DNA of 64,000 nt from an uncultured Chthoniobacter sp. GTDB taxonomy: Bacteria > Verrucomicrobiota > Verrucomicrobiia > Chthoniobacterales > UBA6821. Below the pieces are notes generated by a model that did no database searches, had not been told where the DNA came from, and saw only the letters and a program-made list of their open reading frames with translations. Positions 1 through 9,565 of the stretch are shown here, piece after piece; position 1 is the first letter of the stretch; each line of letters opens with the position of its first letter. The stretch is from contig CAYOAN010000007.1 of the NCBI GenBank assembly GCA_964402065.1, positions 21,174-85,173 on the forward strand, in the 5' to 3' direction. A program made the position numbers and the translations under genes.

Positions 1-40
1 CTTTTTCAATTTAATACACGATAAGACCAAAGCACGTTGG

Positions 41-1045
41 CTATAAAAGCAACTCCGCTATTTGCACCGCATTGAGCGCCGCTCCCTTGAGAAGCTGATC
101 CCCACAAACCCAAAGAACAAGAGCATTTGGGAGAGCCGTATCAATTCGCAGCCTACCAACATGACACTGATCGAGACCTTGTACTGCTAGCGGCATGGGA
201 TAAAGTGCCTGGGTCGGCTCATCGATAAGGTCAACTCCAGGAGCAGCCATCAAAATATCCTGAGCTCTCTCAATCGAAACTGATTTTTCAAACTCTGCAT
301 GCAGCGCAATGGAATGAGCACGATACACAGGAACACGCACACAAGTGACAGAAGTTTGCAACTTGGGAAGATGAAGAATTTTACGGCTCTCATTTTGAAA
401 CTTCATCTCCTCCTTCGTATAACCACTCTCTAAAAAGCTATCGACATGAGGCAAAAGATTAAAAGCAATCTGATGAGGGTAGACTTCTTTTGGTACAAGC
501 TCACCTCGAGAAAGGCTTTCTACCTGACTACGGAGTTCTTCAACAGCACGCGCTCCCGTCCCTGAAACAGCCTGATATGTTGAGGCAATCACGCGCTTTA
601 AGCTGAAATGCTGATGCAAAGGAGCCAGGGCCATGAGCGCAATGGCCGTCGAGCAATTTGGATTAGCAATAATTCCACAATGATTTTTTATATCAGCAGG
701 GTTAATCTCCGGAATAACAAGAGGCACTTGATCATCCATGCGAAAAACTGATGAGTTATCGATCACAACAGCTCCAGCACGCACCGCATGTGGTGCAAAC
801 TTTTTTGAAACCTCTCCCCCTGCACTAAAAAAAACAATATCAATTCCTTTAAAACTTCCCTCCTCTAACACGTCCACTGGAATTTTTTCACCTCGAAAAC
901 TCAGTGAGACGCCAGCTGAACGAGGCGATGCAAGCAAGCGCAGCGAGGCAACTGGAAAACTGCGACGTTCTAATACGCGCAGCAATTGCTCACCGACAGC
1001 TCCAGTTGCGCCAACGATGGCAATTTTTTTAGAAAAAGGTTTCAT
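41..1045 (-). CDS. asd: Aspartate-semialdehyde dehydrogenase
   Basis: N-terminal GATGAVG NAD-binding motif, IANPNCST catalytic Cys motif, STYQAVSGTG, WVCGDQLLKGAALNAVQIAE C-terminus. Confidence 0.97.
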   Translation of the reverse strand: MKPFSKKIAIVGATGAVGEQLLRVLERRSFPVASLRLLASPRSAGVSLSFRGEKIPVDVLEEGSFKGIDIVFFSAGGEVSKKFAPHAVRAGAVVIDNSSVFRMDDQVPLVIPEINPADIKNHCGIIANPNCSTAIALMALAPLHQHFSLKRVIASTYQAVSGTGARAVEELRSQVESLSRGELVPKEVYPHQIAFNLLPHVDSFLESGYTKEEMKFQNESRKILHLPKLQTSVTCVRVPVYRAHSIALHAEFEKSVSIERAQDILMAAPGVDLIDEPTQALYPMPLAVQGLDQCHVGRLRIDTALPNALVLWVCGDQLLKGAALNAVQIAELLL

Positions 1046-1257
1046 GAAACGGGAAAAGAAAAAATTAAACAGAAAGTTTTCAAGGCTGCAACCCTACTCC
1101 AACAAATTATGCAATGTCCTAGCAATGTCGTCGTTTAAAAACAATACTGCTTATAACAAAAGAAAGGATGACCTTTCTAAGGCAAATGACTTGTGCTTAT
1201 GCTCTATGCTTGCCTCCTAAAATTCTTGAACCCTTACTATTTCTCTCTTCTACTTTT

Positions 1258-1773
1258 ATGGTGACTGTTGTTACTTCAAGCCCTCTTAAAAAACGACCTC
1301 CAGCTTCGTTATGCTACCTTAAAATTTCCATCGCCACTCAAACCTTAGAGCTTTTTGAGCAGAGAGACGATGAAGCAGCTACTAGCCTGGCACGCTATCC
1401 TATCTCCAGCTCTAAGTTTGGATTAGGAACAGAACCTGGCACTAACAAGACTCCGCTCGGAAATTTTTTCATCGCAGAAAAAATTGGTGATGATCAGCCA
1501 GAATGGATGATTTTTAAATCGAGAAAACCAACAGGAGAAATTGCTACCTTTGGAGGCGACTTAGACCAGGTCCTCACCCGCATCCTCTGGCTCAGCGGAC
1601 TCGACCCTGACAATCAAAACACCCATGACCGCTACATCTACATCCATGGCACCAATCAAGAAAACCTCATCGGAACCCCTGCTAGCCACGGCTGTATTCG
1701 GATGCTTAACGCTGATATGGTTGCATTATTTGATCAAGTAGCAGTCGAAGATCATGTGGAGATTGTTATTTGA
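1258..1773 (+). CDS. L,D-transpeptidase (YkuD family)
   Basis: YIYIHGT...GTPASHGCIRM catalytic motif; ATG at 1258 preferred over the ORF-track start at 1168. Confidence 0.85.
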   Translation: MVTVVTSSPLKKRPPASLCYLKISIATQTLELFEQRDDEAATSLARYPISSSKFGLGTEPGTNKTPLGNFFIAEKIGDDQPEWMIFKSRKPTGEIATFGGDLDQVLTRILWLSGLDPDNQNTHDRYIYIHGTNQENLIGTPASHGCIRMLNADMVALFDQVAVEDHVEIVI

Positions 1774-1776
1774 ACC

Positions 1777-4700
1777 CTAGCCCTTGCACTCTGTTTGCTG
1801 TTGCCGCATACTTTGTTTCTTTTGTTTTTCCATTTTTTTCTCCAAGGAAAGCCTTTTTGCTTCCTCAAGCAGTTTTTCAGTTTCTTCTGTGTCAATTTTT
1901 TCTTTTGTTTTTAGGCAAGTTGGCTCTTTACTCAGTGCTCTTGCTAAATCGAGACGGCCTGACGCGACAGCAATTGTAGGATCTTCTTTATTAGCCGTCT
2001 CTTCAAGATGCTCCACGATTTTTTGAGGTGAAAGATTATTGAACTTTCTCATGACCCATGCAGCTGCTGCTGCCACTTGAGGTGCTGCCATCGAAGTACC
2101 AGCGAGTTCCCGATAAACTGCATCTCCCGCAAATGAAGCTGAAATAATTCCTTTCCCTGGTGCTGCTATTTGAATACTTTGTTTTCCGTAATAAGAAAAG
2201 TTGGCCAGATTTCCTTTTGGATTAGTGGCTGCCACAGCAATACCATTAGGCAATGAAAAGCTTGCTGGATAAGAAGGCCAATCATCTTTATTACGTTTCT
2301 CTGTGCCCTGCCCTTTTCTCAAATTGCCAGCTGCCATCACAGCAAGAACGGGAGGAGCAAATTGTTGAGGATCATAAGAACTCCATTCACCTTGCCCTTC
2401 TTTTCTTAAAATTTCATACGGATTGCTTAAAGCTTGCTTCAAACTTTCCAAATTTTTTTGTGAAAGCTCTCCCTCGTCATCACGACTGCCACCCCAACTG
2501 CAATTGATAATTCTTGCTCCTTGTTCACGTGCATATCGTAAGCACTCGAGAGTGCGATCTACGAAACCTTCTGTTTGACCTGGCTCCATATTTTTACAAA
2601 TAAGAAGTGCTGCAATATCGCGCACGCTAGCAATGCCACGGATAGTTGCTCGCGTGATCTCATTGAGTTCAAAAACAGTAGGTTCCTGTTCAGAGTTTTT
2701 CTTTTTCTTTACCTCAACTTCTTCGACCTCATGCGGAAGACCAACGATAATTCCTGCAACATGAGTTCCATGCCCCGTATTATCTCGAGGTAAACCCCTA
2801 TAATCAGGATGAATCGCACAAGCATTGTATCCGTAAGAAACTTCCTCATCCTCATCTTCTTCAACGACAATTTTATTTTCAAAAGCTTGGTGACTTTCTC
2901 TAATTCCGCTATCTACAACACCAATACGAATAGGTGTTCCTTCTGCCACAATGGGCTCTTCTGTATTGAATAAAGTGTCAGGAGGATTGACTCCAAATAA
3001 GGAGTGTAAATACCAGGGTTGTGTTATTTCTGTTCTTGCTGTTTCAGAAATTTTAGAAGAGGCAAGTTCTATGAGAGTAGAAGGATAACAATCAGCAGCT
3101 AAGTTTTTTTCTTCAATCGCTTTTTTTATTTGATCAAATAACGTTAGTAGAGGGGGCTGATCCGCAGCAGCCAGAGCAGAAGCAGCGCTCTTAAAGTTAA
3201 GTCGATAGAGGTATTGTTCTGGCGCAACTGATTCTAGTGTCAAATGATTGTTCGGAAAATCTTCTTTTAAGCTTTCTAAAAGGGTAGCTCTTTGAATGCT
3301 TGAATTCAATTTGACCATCAAATATTCAGCTGCCATTTTGATTTCCCGAAGAATCTCTCCGTTGGCAGCCGTTGTTCTTTCAATTCTCAACAGCGGCCCG
3401 ACAAATCTTCTTTTATAAATCAAACTGATTTTTTTTGTGCTATCAGATTGTACTTCTTCTCGTGATTCGAGGTAGCTTGATGCTTCGGTTGAATAATCTC
3501 TCTTCCATGCGGCCATTGCGCTTTCTAAAGAACTAAGATGTTGTCGCGCGCTTTCATTCCGCGCCTCAAGAGCGAAAATCTTTTGCTCAAAATTTTTAAC
3601 TGTTGCCTCATCTCCTTGTCCATAGGCTTCTTGAACCTTTCCAAGATGGTTTTGAATAACTTTCAGCCTTCTCGCAATGGCATCCCACGTCTCGCCAATC
3701 TCATTTCTCTCCTCTTGATCTGCTAAACGACGGCATTCCACAGCCTCCTCTATATTTTTCTTCAGTTCTTTCTTTTTACTCAAGAGCTCCAATTCCAATT
3801 CAATTTGATTCAGCTTCGCCTCCCAATCTCTTACACTCTGCTTGAGTCTTGGCTTAATTCTCATTCCCAAACGTCGGATTTTCCCTCCGACAGCATCTCT
3901 CAGTCTTGTGTAAAACATTTCTGTTTCACTCCAAATTTGAACAGCTTCTTCTGCTATCCTAATAGCATTATGGTAATGTTGACATGATTCAGGAATTCTT
4001 GCTTGAGCATAAGACTGGTCTGCATAAGAGCACCAACGTGCAGCAATATCCTCCCATTTTCTTTTGATTGTATTGCGAAAGTTTGTTTTCTTTCTTTCTA
4101 ATTCTTCGATAAACTCAGAATTCAATTCCACTTCACCTTTAGCTTGTTGAAGGAGGGTCCGTATTTTCTTTCGTATCTCCTGTTGGTGTGCTTGTGTTAC
4201 ACTCAGTTGGCTATCAATTAGCGACGAAGAAACATGAGAAGTTGCTAAAAAAGTTTCCAGCCTGTCTTTTAACGAGTTTGACATGAAAGAACTGGAGGCT
4301 GTCACAGCTGAAGCAGCGCTCATACCGACGACTCCTCCCCCAGGAGGAGCAGTTAAAGCATCAGCCAACTTCAAAGAAGCCATTGGTTTTATAATGCTAC
4401 TAACCGAGGAAGCCACACTACTATTATCATCCTCATCAGTAGTTAGTCCAATTTCACGCTTTTCAATCTCATCTTGAAGTTTTGAAAAAAGGTCATCCCA
4501 GCCCAGCCATATTTCACGACACTTACTTACAAGACTTCTTAATTTTTGATCTTCCTCTAGTGAGGATCGCTCTCCGCTCTCTAGGCTTGTTCTCAAGAGA
4601 TCTGTTCCATTTTTTTTCTGTTTAACCCAATAGTGAATTTGCTCCTCTACTTTAAGAGACTCTATCCTCAAGCTTTCGTTATCAAGAGACTCAACGTTGA

Positions 4701-5037
4701 CAGTACTAAGAACAGCCTTTAACTCCTCTGATGCTTGGTTAATAAATAAAAAACTTCTATCAAGTTTATCAGCAGAGAAGCTTAAATCTTCCCTTCCACT
4801 CATCATATCGCCTCGCTCCTCGTTACTAGAAAAATCTTCTGTTACATCATCAGTCAGTCTTCTTCCTTGGTTCTCTAGATCTTCTGCTACGAGCCTTTTT
4901 GCTTCCTGTTCTTCAATCTGCGCTTTCTCACTTCCTTTTCCTTTCCACAGTGGCTTCGGAGGCATAGCCTGCAACGAAGCCAGAGGGGCTCCCCAAAAAA
5001 TTGCCATGAGGAAAGAAAGAAAGAATTTATTTTTCAT
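1777..5037 (-). CDS. Secreted S8 subtilase with a long acidic/coiled-coil N-terminal extension
   Basis: Signal peptide MKNKFFLSFLMAIFWGAPLASLQA; catalytic triad GVVDSG / HGTHVAG / GTSMAAP and oxyanion AAGN in the C-terminal third. Confidence 0.87.
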   Translation of the reverse strand: MKNKFFLSFLMAIFWGAPLASLQAMPPKPLWKGKGSEKAQIEEQEAKRLVAEDLENQGRRLTDDVTEDFSSNEERGDMMSGREDLSFSADKLDRSFLFINQASEELKAVLSTVNVESLDNESLRIESLKVEEQIHYWVKQKKNGTDLLRTSLESGERSSLEEDQKLRSLVSKCREIWLGWDDLFSKLQDEIEKREIGLTTDEDDNSSVASSVSSIIKPMASLKLADALTAPPGGGVVGMSAASAVTASSSFMSNSLKDRLETFLATSHVSSSLIDSQLSVTQAHQQEIRKKIRTLLQQAKGEVELNSEFIEELERKKTNFRNTIKRKWEDIAARWCSYADQSYAQARIPESCQHYHNAIRIAEEAVQIWSETEMFYTRLRDAVGGKIRRLGMRIKPRLKQSVRDWEAKLNQIELELELLSKKKELKKNIEEAVECRRLADQEERNEIGETWDAIARRLKVIQNHLGKVQEAYGQGDEATVKNFEQKIFALEARNESARQHLSSLESAMAAWKRDYSTEASSYLESREEVQSDSTKKISLIYKRRFVGPLLRIERTTAANGEILREIKMAAEYLMVKLNSSIQRATLLESLKEDFPNNHLTLESVAPEQYLYRLNFKSAASALAAADQPPLLTLFDQIKKAIEEKNLAADCYPSTLIELASSKISETARTEITQPWYLHSLFGVNPPDTLFNTEEPIVAEGTPIRIGVVDSGIRESHQAFENKIVVEEDEDEEVSYGYNACAIHPDYRGLPRDNTGHGTHVAGIIVGLPHEVEEVEVKKKKNSEQEPTVFELNEITRATIRGIASVRDIAALLICKNMEPGQTEGFVDRTLECLRYAREQGARIINCSWGGSRDDEGELSQKNLESLKQALSNPYEILRKEGQGEWSSYDPQQFAPPVLAVMAAGNLRKGQGTEKRNKDDWPSYPASFSLPNGIAVAATNPKGNLANFSYYGKQSIQIAAPGKGIISASFAGDAVYRELAGTSMAAPQVAAAAAWVMRKFNNLSPQKIVEHLEETANKEDPTIAVASGRLDLARALSKEPTCLKTKEKIDTEETEKLLEEAKRLSLEKKMEKQKKQSMRQQQTECKG

Positions 5038-5178
5038 CGCTGAAAAATAGATGTTCTTAAAAAAATTTGAAGCGTGAATTGTTAAATTTTTTCAAATTTC
5101 TTTTTTACTCTTATCAAAACTCCCTCTACAGTGAAGTCACATTAAGCAACCTGCTTTTGAAAGGAGGCGAAATTATTT

Positions 5179-5295
5179 ATGAAAATCACCAAAATCGTTG
5201 CAGCTATCATCCTTCTTGGAACAGCTGCTGTTACACTTGGCGCATGTTGTCACAAACAAGCTCCAGCTCCAGCAACAACTGGTCGCTGCAAGTAA
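5179..5295 (+). CDS. 38-aa small lipoprotein, not in the ORF track
   Basis: AAGGAGG Shine-Dalgarno at 5161-5167; MKITKIVAAIILLGTAAVTLGACCHKQAPAPATTGRCK with basic N-region, hydrophobic core and LGAC lipobox; followed by a terminator. Confidence 0.7.
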   Translation: MKITKIVAAIILLGTAAVTLGACCHKQAPAPATTGRCK

Positions 5296-5324
5296 AACAC
5301 TCTTAACCGAGTGTGATCACTTGT

Positions 5325-5364
5325 GAAGGTCGAATTACTTTTGTAATTCGGCCTTCTTTTTTTT
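5325..5364 (+). terminator. Rho-independent terminator between convergent genes
   Basis: GAAGGTCGAATTAC-TTTT-GTAATTCGGCCTTC stem (one G-U pair) followed by T8. Confidence 0.8.
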
Positions 5365-6124
5365 AGAGGCCTGTTGGATGGTCGATAAAAGACCATGGCA
5401 ACTTAAACTCCTCTTCTAATACGCCTCCTAGCGCCTTTACTCCAAAAGTTTCTGTCGCATAGTGTCCCGCATAGATTAAGTTGATCCCAAGTTCCTCTGC
5501 CATCGTGTAACTCCAGTGAGGTCCTTCACCAGTCACAAATGTATCAACGCCTTCCTGTGCTGCAGCAGCAACCTCACTCCCAGCACCCCCTGTTACAACA
5601 AGCACCTTATGCACTGTTTCAGAACCACCAGGAGCAAGGTGAACTTTTCCTGCAACAGCATTACTCACCAACTCTAAAAAAGGAGCACGCAAGATGGGTT
5701 TGCAAGTTCCTTTAAGCCCAATGAACTCACCTTGCATTTTCAAAGCGGGAGTCAGTTTTTGAATTCCAAGTTTTTGAGCAAGAATCAAATTATTGCCAAC
5801 TCTTGGATGCCGATCGAGTGGTAAGTGTGAACTATAAATAGCAAGGCCATGCTCGATGGCTAATTTTAATTTTTGATAATAGGCTCCTGTAATAGGCTGC
5901 AAGCCGCTCCAAAAGAGCCCATGATGGACAATCAAAAGATCTGCCTCAACTTCAATTGCCTGTTCAATGGTAGATAAGCAAGCATCTACAGCAACAGCAA
6001 CACGTTTGACTTCTCCCCCATTAGCAAGCTGTAGCCCATTGTGTGCCTGAGGATAGTCACGCACTTCGGTGGTTGATAGCAATTGATCGAGATAATTGAC
6101 GATAGTAAAAAGTTGCATCAGCAA
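5363..6124 (-). CDS. Nif3-like dinuclear metal-centre protein (YbgI/DUF34 family)
   Basis: NGLQ, VAVAVDA, LLIVHHGLFW, HLPLDRHP, FVTGEG, GHYATETFGVKAL motifs. Confidence 0.93.
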   Translation of the reverse strand: MLMQLFTIVNYLDQLLSTTEVRDYPQAHNGLQLANGGEVKRVAVAVDACLSTIEQAIEVEADLLIVHHGLFWSGLQPITGAYYQKLKLAIEHGLAIYSSHLPLDRHPRVGNNLILAQKLGIQKLTPALKMQGEFIGLKGTCKPILRAPFLELVSNAVAGKVHLAPGGSETVHKVLVVTGGAGSEVAAAAQEGVDTFVTGEGPHWSYTMAEELGINLIYAGHYATETFGVKALGGVLEEEFKLPWSFIDHPTGL

Positions 6125-6208
6125 AGGTTATAGCTTCGATATTACAGGTTACAGGAAAAAAAATTCTTCACACTTTACTCACGACTCGTGACTCATTACT
6201 TTATTGAG

Positions 6209-7327
6209 ATGTTACGCGCTGGAATTGTTGGACTCCCTAATGTCGGAAAATCAACCCTCTTCAATGCACTCACTCGGAGTCGCAAGGCAGAGGCTGCTAA
6301 TTTTCCATTTTGTACTATTGAACCTAATGTTGGCATGGTCACCGTGCCAGATGCACGATTAGCTCGGTTAGCTGAGCTTGTGAATTCGCAAAAAATTATT
6401 CCTGCAGCGATTGAAGTCGTTGACATCGCAGGCCTCGTTAAAGGTGCGAGTGAAGGAGAAGGCCTCGGAAACCAATTTTTAGGCCACATCCGTGAGGTTG
6501 ATGCGATTATTCAAGTTGTCCGCTGTTTTGATAACGAAAACATTCATCACGTTGCCGGCAACATTGACCCGATTCGTGATATTGAAATCATTAATACCGA
6601 ATTAATCCTTGCTGATATTGCCGCTGTTCAAAAAAGAATCGAACGCCAAGCTAAGGCCGCTCGCACCGGAGATAAAACAGCGAAAGCAGAAATTGCGCTT
6701 GGTGAAAAATTACTTCCTCACCTTAACAATGGTGCACCAGCATCCACGATTGAGCTTTCAGCAGATGAACAGAAAATTTTATCAACCTTTCACCTCTTGA
6801 GTGCAAAGCCAGTGCTTTTCGCAGCGAACGTCGAAGAGCAAGATCTCTCACACCTCAATGATGAAAATCGACCCGCGATCAAGTCGGTGCGTGCTGTCGA
6901 AGAATACGCTAAAGCTCATTTTGGGACTTCTACGGTTGTCATCAGCGCTCAAATTGAAAGTGAGCTCGCTGAGCTTTCACCCGAAGATGCAGCGGAATAT
7001 CTAGCTGGACTTGGCTTAAGCGACAGTGGCGTTGGTCTCCTTATTCGCAAGGCTTACGAACTCCTCGGGCTCCGGACCTATTTTACTTATGGTCCTAAAG
7101 AGACTCGTGCTTGGACGATCCATGCTGGCGACAAGGCTCCTGCAGCCGCTGGCGTTATTCATAGCGATTTCGAACGCGGATTTATCGCTGCAGAAACCAT
7201 GGCTTATGATGATCTCAATGCACTCGGTTCTGCCGCAAAATGCCGTGAAGCAGGCAAGCTCCGCATTGAAGGAAAAGAGTACGAAGTGAAAGATGGAGAT
7301 GTATTAGAATTTCGGTTTAACGTTTGA
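6209..7327 (+). CDS. ychF: Redox-regulated ATPase YchF
   Basis: [39 protein letters not shown]-terminal TGS domain ending [18 protein letters not shown]. Confidence 0.97.
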   Translation: MLRAGIVGLPNVGKSTLFNALTRSRKAEAANFPFCTIEPNVGMVTVPDARLARLAELVNSQKIIPAAIEVVDIAGLVKGASEGEGLGNQFLGHIREVDAIIQVVRCFDNENIHHVAGNIDPIRDIEIINTELILADIAAVQKRIERQAKAARTGDKTAKAEIALGEKLLPHLNNGAPASTIELSADEQKILSTFHLLSAKPVLFAANVEEQDLSHLNDENRPAIKSVRAVEEYAKAHFGTSTVVISAQIESELAELSPEDAAEYLAGLGLSDSGVGLLIRKAYELLGLRTYFTYGPKETRAWTIHAGDKAPAAAGVIHSDFERGFIAAETMAYDDLNALGSAAKCREAGKLRIEGKEYEVKDGDVLEFRFNV

Positions 7328-7339
7328 GGATAGGCATCA

Positions 7340-7457
7340 AATTCTACCACTGCTTTGAATAACTGTGTTGCTGCGGTGCTTTCCGCTTCACGTATTAATA
7401 TATGCTCAGCGTCTGCGCTCCTCGACTCCTTGTTCTTCTTTCCAGCAGCGAATTGCT
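7340..7457 (-). mobile_element. Degenerate member of the RPE-like palindromic MITE family
   Basis: Reverse strand reads GAGGAGCGCAGACGCTGAGCATATATTAATACGTGAAGCGGAAAGCACCGCAG, resembling the core of the 54104/58391/63681 elements; termini are poorly defined. Confidence 0.45.
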
Positions 7458-7580
7458 AAAGCAGGTTTCAATTTAACATCTCACTCTTCATCCACCTCAG
7501 CAAATCGCCAATACAGGGTTTGCCATCATCCAATATTTTTTTCCTGTAACCTGCAACCTGTAATCTGTAACCTGGCGAAC

Positions 7581-8660
7581 ATGCTTGCTCCCTATGCTCA
7601 ATGTTCATCGGAATCACTCGGTCGTTTGATCTCTGAACCGGAACACTCTTTCCGGAATTGTTTCCAGCGAGATCGAGATCGGATTGTTCATAGCACAGCT
7701 TTCCGTCGTCTTGATGGGAAGACTCAAGTTTTTCTCAATGGCAAAGGTGACTACTATCGCACACGACTCACGCACACCATTGAAGTTGCGTCTATCAGCC
7801 GTACGATTGCACGGGCACTAGGGCTCAACGAAGATTTAGTTGAAGCGATCGCCCTAGCTCATGATCTAGGGCATCCTCCTTCGGGACACACAGGAGAAGA
7901 GATATTAAACGAACTGATGCATGCTCACGGTGGATTTGATCATAACGAACATAGCCTGCGTGTTGTCGAAACTCTTGAAGAAAGCTACCCTCAGCACCCT
8001 GGCCTTAATCTTTCCTACGAAGTTTTAGAAGGACTCCGAAAACATCACCCTCATTTTCAACTACCTCAAGGAAATATTGTTCCCTCTCCTTCGTTGGAAG
8101 CCCAAGTCGCTAACATCGCTGATTCGATTGCCTACAATAATCACGACTTGGACGACGGCTTAGAATCTGGATTACTGGACCCTGACGATCTTGATCAACT
8201 TGCTGTCTGGAAACGGGCTCAACAGCACGCTTTCGAAGAGCTTGGCTCCAAAACTGAAAATCGTGCCTTTCTTCGACGCTGCTTCATGAACCATCAAGTG
8301 GCAGCCCTTATTGCTAATAGCCGTGCCGCTATTGAGGCCGCAGGAGTTGATGCTGTAGAAAAAGTAAGGCTCTATCCAAAAACACTCATTATTTTTAGCC
8401 AAAGCGACCAAGAGGAAAATCAGGAGCTCCGTCATTTTCTTGCGCAGCATTTAGAAAAACACCCTACAATCGCAACAGCCCACCAGGAAGCTTGTCATAA
8501 AATTGAATTTCTTTTTCAACATTATCTCGATCATCCTAAACATCTCGGACATCGCTATTTCAACCGCATTGAGGCAGATGGAAAGCACCGCACTGTTTGC
8601 GATTACATTGCTGGCATGACTGATCGTTATGTGAACCTCCATTATCAGGCTTTGCAATAG
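7581..8660 (+). CDS. dgt: dNTP triphosphohydrolase (dGTPase, HD family)
   Basis: FQRDRDRIVHSTAFRRLDGKTQVF, RTRLTHTIEV, LAHDLGHPP.GH.GE, DYIAGMTD; ATG 7581 preferred. Confidence 0.9.
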   Translation: MLAPYAQCSSESLGRLISEPEHSFRNCFQRDRDRIVHSTAFRRLDGKTQVFLNGKGDYYRTRLTHTIEVASISRTIARALGLNEDLVEAIALAHDLGHPPSGHTGEEILNELMHAHGGFDHNEHSLRVVETLEESYPQHPGLNLSYEVLEGLRKHHPHFQLPQGNIVPSPSLEAQVANIADSIAYNNHDLDDGLESGLLDPDDLDQLAVWKRAQQHAFEELGSKTENRAFLRRCFMNHQVAALIANSRAAIEAAGVDAVEKVRLYPKTLIIFSQSDQEENQELRHFLAQHLEKHPTIATAHQEACHKIEFLFQHYLDHPKHLGHRYFNRIEADGKHRTVCDYIAGMTDRYVNLHYQALQ

Positions 8661-8719
8661 AGCCCAAAAATAATGTTTTACTCTCTCAGCACCTGCACGT
8701 TTATCCTTTATTTTTTGTA

Positions 8720-9097
8720 ATGAAAAACCATTTGACCTCTCTTCTTGCTTTGGCCTTGCTTTCGTTAGTCTTTGGCTGTGCTGGTCCTATTAATCGAGCA
8801 ATCATTCATGGCTCTACAGAAGATGACTTAGTAAAGGCAGGTTTCAAATCGATTCCTGTTACTGAAGGTCAAGAAAACAGCCTTCAAGGCTTTCCTCAGG
8901 GCAAAGTGACTTCTTTGCAACGTCACGGAATCATTTACTATGTCTACCCTGATCTCCAACATAACCGCATCTTAATGGGCGGAGAAGAAGCTTACGCACG
9001 CTATCACCAACTTGTCGCCCATCAGCTTACTCCCGTCACCAGACCAAGCGGACAACTAGATCGAGACTGGGTTTCCTCCGGTGTTTGGAATAACTAA
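8720..9097 (+). CDS. Hypothetical lipoprotein
   Basis: Signal II MKNHLTSLLALALLSLVFGC; compact 125-aa ORF co-oriented with its neighbours. Confidence 0.7.
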   Translation: MKNHLTSLLALALLSLVFGCAGPINRAIIHGSTEDDLVKAGFKSIPVTEGQENSLQGFPQGKVTSLQRHGIIYYVYPDLQHNRILMGGEEAYARYHQLVAHQLTPVTRPSGQLDRDWVSSGVWNN

Positions 9098-9163
9098 GCA
9101 GAGTATTTCAAAAGCACGTAATTATGCTTTCCTAATTTTTAATTACCTATTACGTTTGCGCTC

Positions 9164-9547
9164 ATGACTACTAAGAAACAAGCTTCTGCTAAAAAAACTT
9201 CACAGCCTAAAAAAATAGCTACTAAAAAGCCTGTGGCTAAAAAAACTGCACCTAAAGCAAAAAAGCCAGTTACTAAAAAGCCTGTAGCTAAAGCAAAGAA
9301 GCCAGTCGCTAAAAAAATTTCAGTCCAACATTTTGAAGATGTCCTCACTAAAGAAGCTTTGAAGCTTGTTGATCAGGCCGCAACCATTCTTCGTACTGGC
9401 ATTAAAACTTCTCAAAAAAGCACAAGTAAAGCTCGCGAAGCTACTCATAAAAAGGCACACGGGCTCTTAGGAAAAGCAACCCGTCATCTTGATGATGCCC
9501 TCAAGAGTGGCTCCTCTTTCTTAAACAAAGCTATCAATAAGCTTTAA
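9164..9547 (+). CDS. Histone H1-like Lys/Ala/Pro-rich nucleoid protein
   Basis: N-terminal KKPVAKK / KKPVTKK / KKPVAK repeats followed by a helical C-terminal half. Confidence 0.65.
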   Translation: MTTKKQASAKKTSQPKKIATKKPVAKKTAPKAKKPVTKKPVAKAKKPVAKKISVQHFEDVLTKEALKLVDQAATILRTGIKTSQKSTSKAREATHKKAHGLLGKATRHLDDALKSGSSFLNKAINKL

Positions 9548-9565
9548 GGCAAGATTTCTCTTTGC

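Noticed and set aside
738-1220. Shadow ORFs such as 738-1220, 16396-17001, 19355-19921 and 55752-55886
   Set aside because: They are antisense or out-of-frame overlaps of well-supported genes, or upstream extensions, with no motifs of their own
7365-7580. N-terminal extension of dgt given by the ORF track
   Set aside because: It runs through a degenerate palindromic element and heptamer repeats; the family-typical start is ATG 7581. An RPE-style in-frame fusion cannot be fully excluded
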